From NCBI GenBank assembly GCA_964476325.1, contig CAYYYM010000001.1, positions 1-44,578 on the forward strand: a stretch of DNA of 44,578 nucleotides, in the 5' to 3' direction. The position numbers and the translations under genes are program-made. The notes below the pieces were generated by a model that ran no database searches, was not told where the DNA came from, and saw only the letters and a list, made by a program, of their open reading frames with translations. The stretch's first letter is position 1. Every line of letters starts with the position of its first letter. Below, piece by piece: positions 42,278 to 44,578 of the stretch. This DNA is from an uncultured Candidatus Saccharibacteria bacterium. GTDB taxonomy: Bacteria; Patescibacteriota; Minisyncoccia; UBA6257; GWB1-50-10.

Positions 42278-44578
42278 ATGAACTATCCCCACCGGGACAT
42301 TGAGGAGAAGTGGCAGCAGGCGTGGCAGGAGAGCGGCTTGTACGAGCCTGATTTGGACGCTCCGAAGCGGAAATTCTATAACCTTATGATGTTCCCGTAC
42401 CCCTCGGCGGAGGGGCTCCACGTGGGGAACGTCTACGCCTTTACGGGAAGCGACGTGTATGGGCGGTATATGCGGATGCGGGGGTACGACGTCTTCGAGC
42501 CGATGGGACTCGACGGCTTCGGCATCCACTCCGAAAACTACGCCCTGAAGACGAATACACACCCCCTGGAACTCTCGAAGAAATCGGAAGCCCGCTTCTA
42601 CGAGCAGCTTCGGGCAACGGGAAGCGGCTTCGCGTGGAACGAGCGCCTCGAAACCTACGACCCCGCTTACTACCGCTGGACACAGTGGCTCTTCGTCCAG
42701 ATGTGGAAGCACGGCCTCGCATATCGCAAGAAGCAGTCGGTCAACTGGTGCCCGTCATGCAAGACGGTCCTCGCCGATGAGCAGGTCATCGCCGGGAAGT
42801 GCGAGCGGTGCGAGTCGGTCGTGGAGCGGCGTGACTTGGAGCAGTGGTTTTTCAAAATCACCGACTATGCCGACCGGCTCCTCGACAACATCGAGGCTAT
42901 CGACTGGAGCGAGAAGGTGAAAACGATTCAGCGGAACTGGATCGGGCGGAGTGAGGGCGCGCTCCTCGAGTTTCCGCTCAAGGATTCCGACGCGCGCATC
43001 AAGGTGTTTACGACGCGGCCGGATACCGTCATGGGTGTAACCTATATGGTCCTCGCGCCGGAGCATCCGCTCGTCGCGGAACTTCTGACGCGTGTCTCGA
43101 ACGCCGACGAGGTGCGGCGGTACGCGGAAGCGGCGAGAAATAAGGCGGAGCAGGAACGTATCGCCGAGGGGAGAGTGAAGACGGGAGTGGAGCTGAAGGG
43201 GGTGCTCGCCGTGAACCCCGCGACCGGACGGGAGCTTCCCGTCTGGGTCGCCGATTACGTCCTCGTCGGGTACGGGACGGGCGCGATTATGGCTGTGCCG
43301 TCCCACGACGAGCGGGACAAAGAGTTTGCTGAGACATTCAAGCTCCCGATTATTGAAACGAAGCTTATTGATAAAGACGAAGCCATTAAGAAGATGGGCG
43401 GCGAAAAGCATGTCCACTACCACCTCCGCGATTGGCTTGTCTCGCGCCAGCGCTACTGGGGCCCGCCGATACCGATGCTCTACTGCGAGGCGTGCGCCAA
43501 AGCGGGGAAGGGGGAGCGCAAAGATATGCTCGGCTGGTATGCCGTCCCGGAGAGCGAGTTGCCGGTGAAGCTCCCGTACGTGGAAGAATTCCGTCCGGAA
43601 GGGAAAGGCGAATCGCCACTTGCCTCGGATAAGGAGTTTTACGAGGTGCCGTGCCCGGTCTGCGGGGCGACGGCGCACCGCGAGACGGATGTTTCTGATA
43701 CCTTCCTCGACTCCGCCTGGTATTTTCTCCGCTACCCTTCGACTCGCTCCGCTCGCTCAGGGCAGGCGCCGTGGGACCCGGACATTACAAAGCGCTGGCT
43801 CCCCGTCGATAGGTACATCGGCGGTGCGGAACACTCCGTTCTACACCTCCTCTACGCGCGCTTCGTCACCATGGCGCTCCACGACTGGGGGATGCTCGAG
43901 TTCGAGGAACCGTTTACACAGTTCCGTGCGCATGGACTCATCATCAAGGAGGGCGCGAAGATGGCGAAATCGCGAGGGAATGTTATTAACCCCGACGAAT
44001 ACATTGAGCAGTACGGTGCGGATGTGCTCCGGCTGTACCTGATGTTCCTCGCGCCTTTCGAGCAGGGAGGCGACTTCCGCGACTCGGGCATCCGCGGCAT
44101 CGTGCGGTTCCTGAACCGGGTATGGGACGCTGGGCAGAAACCAGCTTCCGCAAAGCCGGATGATGAACTCGTACGCGTCATGCACGAGAGCGTGAAGAAA
44201 GTCGGTGACGATATCCAGGCGCTCAAGTACAATACGGCGATAAGCCAACTGATGATTTTCCTGACGGGCATCGAGGAATCCGGCGCGCCGAAAGAAACAT
44301 TTGAAATCTTCCTGCTCCTCCTTGCGCCGTTCGCGCCGCATATCACAGAGGAGCTGTGGCACCAGCTCGGACATACGGAGAGTATTCACACGGCTCCGTG
44401 GCCCACGTATGACGAATCGTTTCTTACGAGCGAAACCGTCACGCTCGCCGTTCAGGTGAACGGGAAGGTGCGCGCGATGATTGAGGTCGCGCCTGACGCA
44501 TCGCAAGACGACGCCGTCGCCGCGGCGCTCGCCTCAGAGCGTATCAAAACGTACGTCCCCGATGCCTCCCAGGCGAAG
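42278..44578 (+). CDS. leuS: leucine--tRNA ligase (3' end beyond the window)
   Basis: Not in the ORF track because no stop occurs before the window end. It reads MNYPHRDIEEKWQQAWQESGLYEP, MMFPYPSAEGLHVGNV, CPSCKTVLADEQV, GAKMAKSRGN. 767 in-frame codons run to the last base. Confidence 0.93.
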   Translation, partial: MNYPHRDIEEKWQQAWQESGLYEPDLDAPKRKFYNLMMFPYPSAEGLHVGNVYAFTGSDVYGRYMRMRGYDVFEPMGLDGFGIHSENYALKTNTHPLELSKKSEARFYEQLRATGSGFAWNERLETYDPAYYRWTQWLFVQMWKHGLAYRKKQSVNWCPSCKTVLADEQVIAGKCERCESVVERRDLEQWFFKITDYADRLLDNIEAIDWSEKVKTIQRNWIGRSEGALLEFPLKDSDARIKVFTTRPDTVMGVTYMVLAPEHPLVAELLTRVSNADEVRRYAEAARNKAEQERIAEGRVKTGVELKGVLAVNPATGRELPVWVADYVLVGYGTGAIMAVPSHDERDKEFAETFKLPIIETKLIDKDEAIKKMGGEKHVHYHLRDWLVSRQRYWGPPIPMLYCEACAKAGKGERKDMLGWYAVPESELPVKLPYVEEFRPEGKGESPLASDKEFYEVPCPVCGATAHRETDVSDTFLDSAWYFLRYPSTRSARSGQAPWDPDITKRWLPVDRYIGGAEHSVLHLLYARFVTMALHDWGMLEFEEPFTQFRAHGLIIKEGAKMAKSRGNVINPDEYIEQYGADVLRLYLMFLAPFEQGGDFRDSGIRGIVRFLNRVWDAGQKPASAKPDDELVRVMHESVKKVGDDIQALKYNTAISQLMIFLTGIEESGAPKETFEIFLLLLAPFAPHITEELWHQLGHTESIHTAPWPTYDESFLTSETVTLAVQVNGKVRAMIEVAPDASQDDAVAAALASERIKTYVPDASQAK

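Noticed and set aside
43738-43775. PSTRSARSGQAPW in LeuRS looked like an in-frame repeat-element insertion; its DNA resembles ccttcgacttcgctcagg at 1735..1755.
   Set aside because: The segment length between the WY..RY and WLPVD..YIGG motifs matches what I recall for other LeuRS. The DNA similarity is limited to two short words.
1-44578. Alternative genetic code (UGA recoding as in some CPR lineages).
   Set aside because: TGA terminates many well-aligned genes exactly where expected and participates in ATGA/GTGA start-stop overlaps. No conserved protein is interrupted by an in-frame TGA.

Overview
This is a GC-rich (about 58-67 % in the 60-nt lines I hand-counted), very gene-dense chromosomal segment. 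It holds about 46 protein genes plus one tRNA, nearly all housekeeping: gyrA, rpsA, trpS, rnj, tRNA-Leu(CAG), secG, recA, ftsK, nusA, hppA, valS, a xerC-like recombinase, tsaD, hsp20, a thyA-like gene, rpsO, pnp, recO, glyQS, tatD, and leuS cut by the window end. Several traits suggest a Patescibacteria/CPR (Parcubacteria-like) genome using the standard code: a small CPR-type T4SS pilin, orphan solute-binding proteins, shortened ValRS and S15, a four-domain S1, pervasive 1-4 nt start/stop overlaps and ordinary TGA stops. That taxonomic call is inference only. I saw no rRNA, CRISPR array, prophage or recognisable defence island. The best candidate for something new is a set of AT-rich, perfect or near-perfect palindromes in this GC-rich background. 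(i) An IS200-like/RAYT-type Y1 HUH transposase (16447..17103) is preceded by 24-bp and 40-bp perfect palindromes. (ii) A 23-nt motif beside that gene recurs as an inverted doublet (REPIN-like) inserted in frame inside the essential gene tsaD (26191..26243). (iii) A 48-bp perfect palindrome sits in frame inside tatD (40764..40811). (iv) A hairpin with a 23-bp stem contains the tatD stop codon. (v) A 128-bp inverted-repeat element fills the divergent dksA-like/tsaD promoter region. Secondary items are: a slightly lower-GC, SD-led four-gene nucleotide cluster (divergent ThyA, HIT, unknown-domain::dCMP-deaminase fusion, HldC-like nucleotidyltransferase); a CDS whose stop codon lies inside tRNA-Leu; a shortened rpsO separated from pnp and coupled to an NYN gene; an orphan lower-GC gene; and extended -10 boxes 6-12 nt from start codons. 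I cannot claim a definite new system. All homology calls come from motif recognition by eye, and no searches were run.
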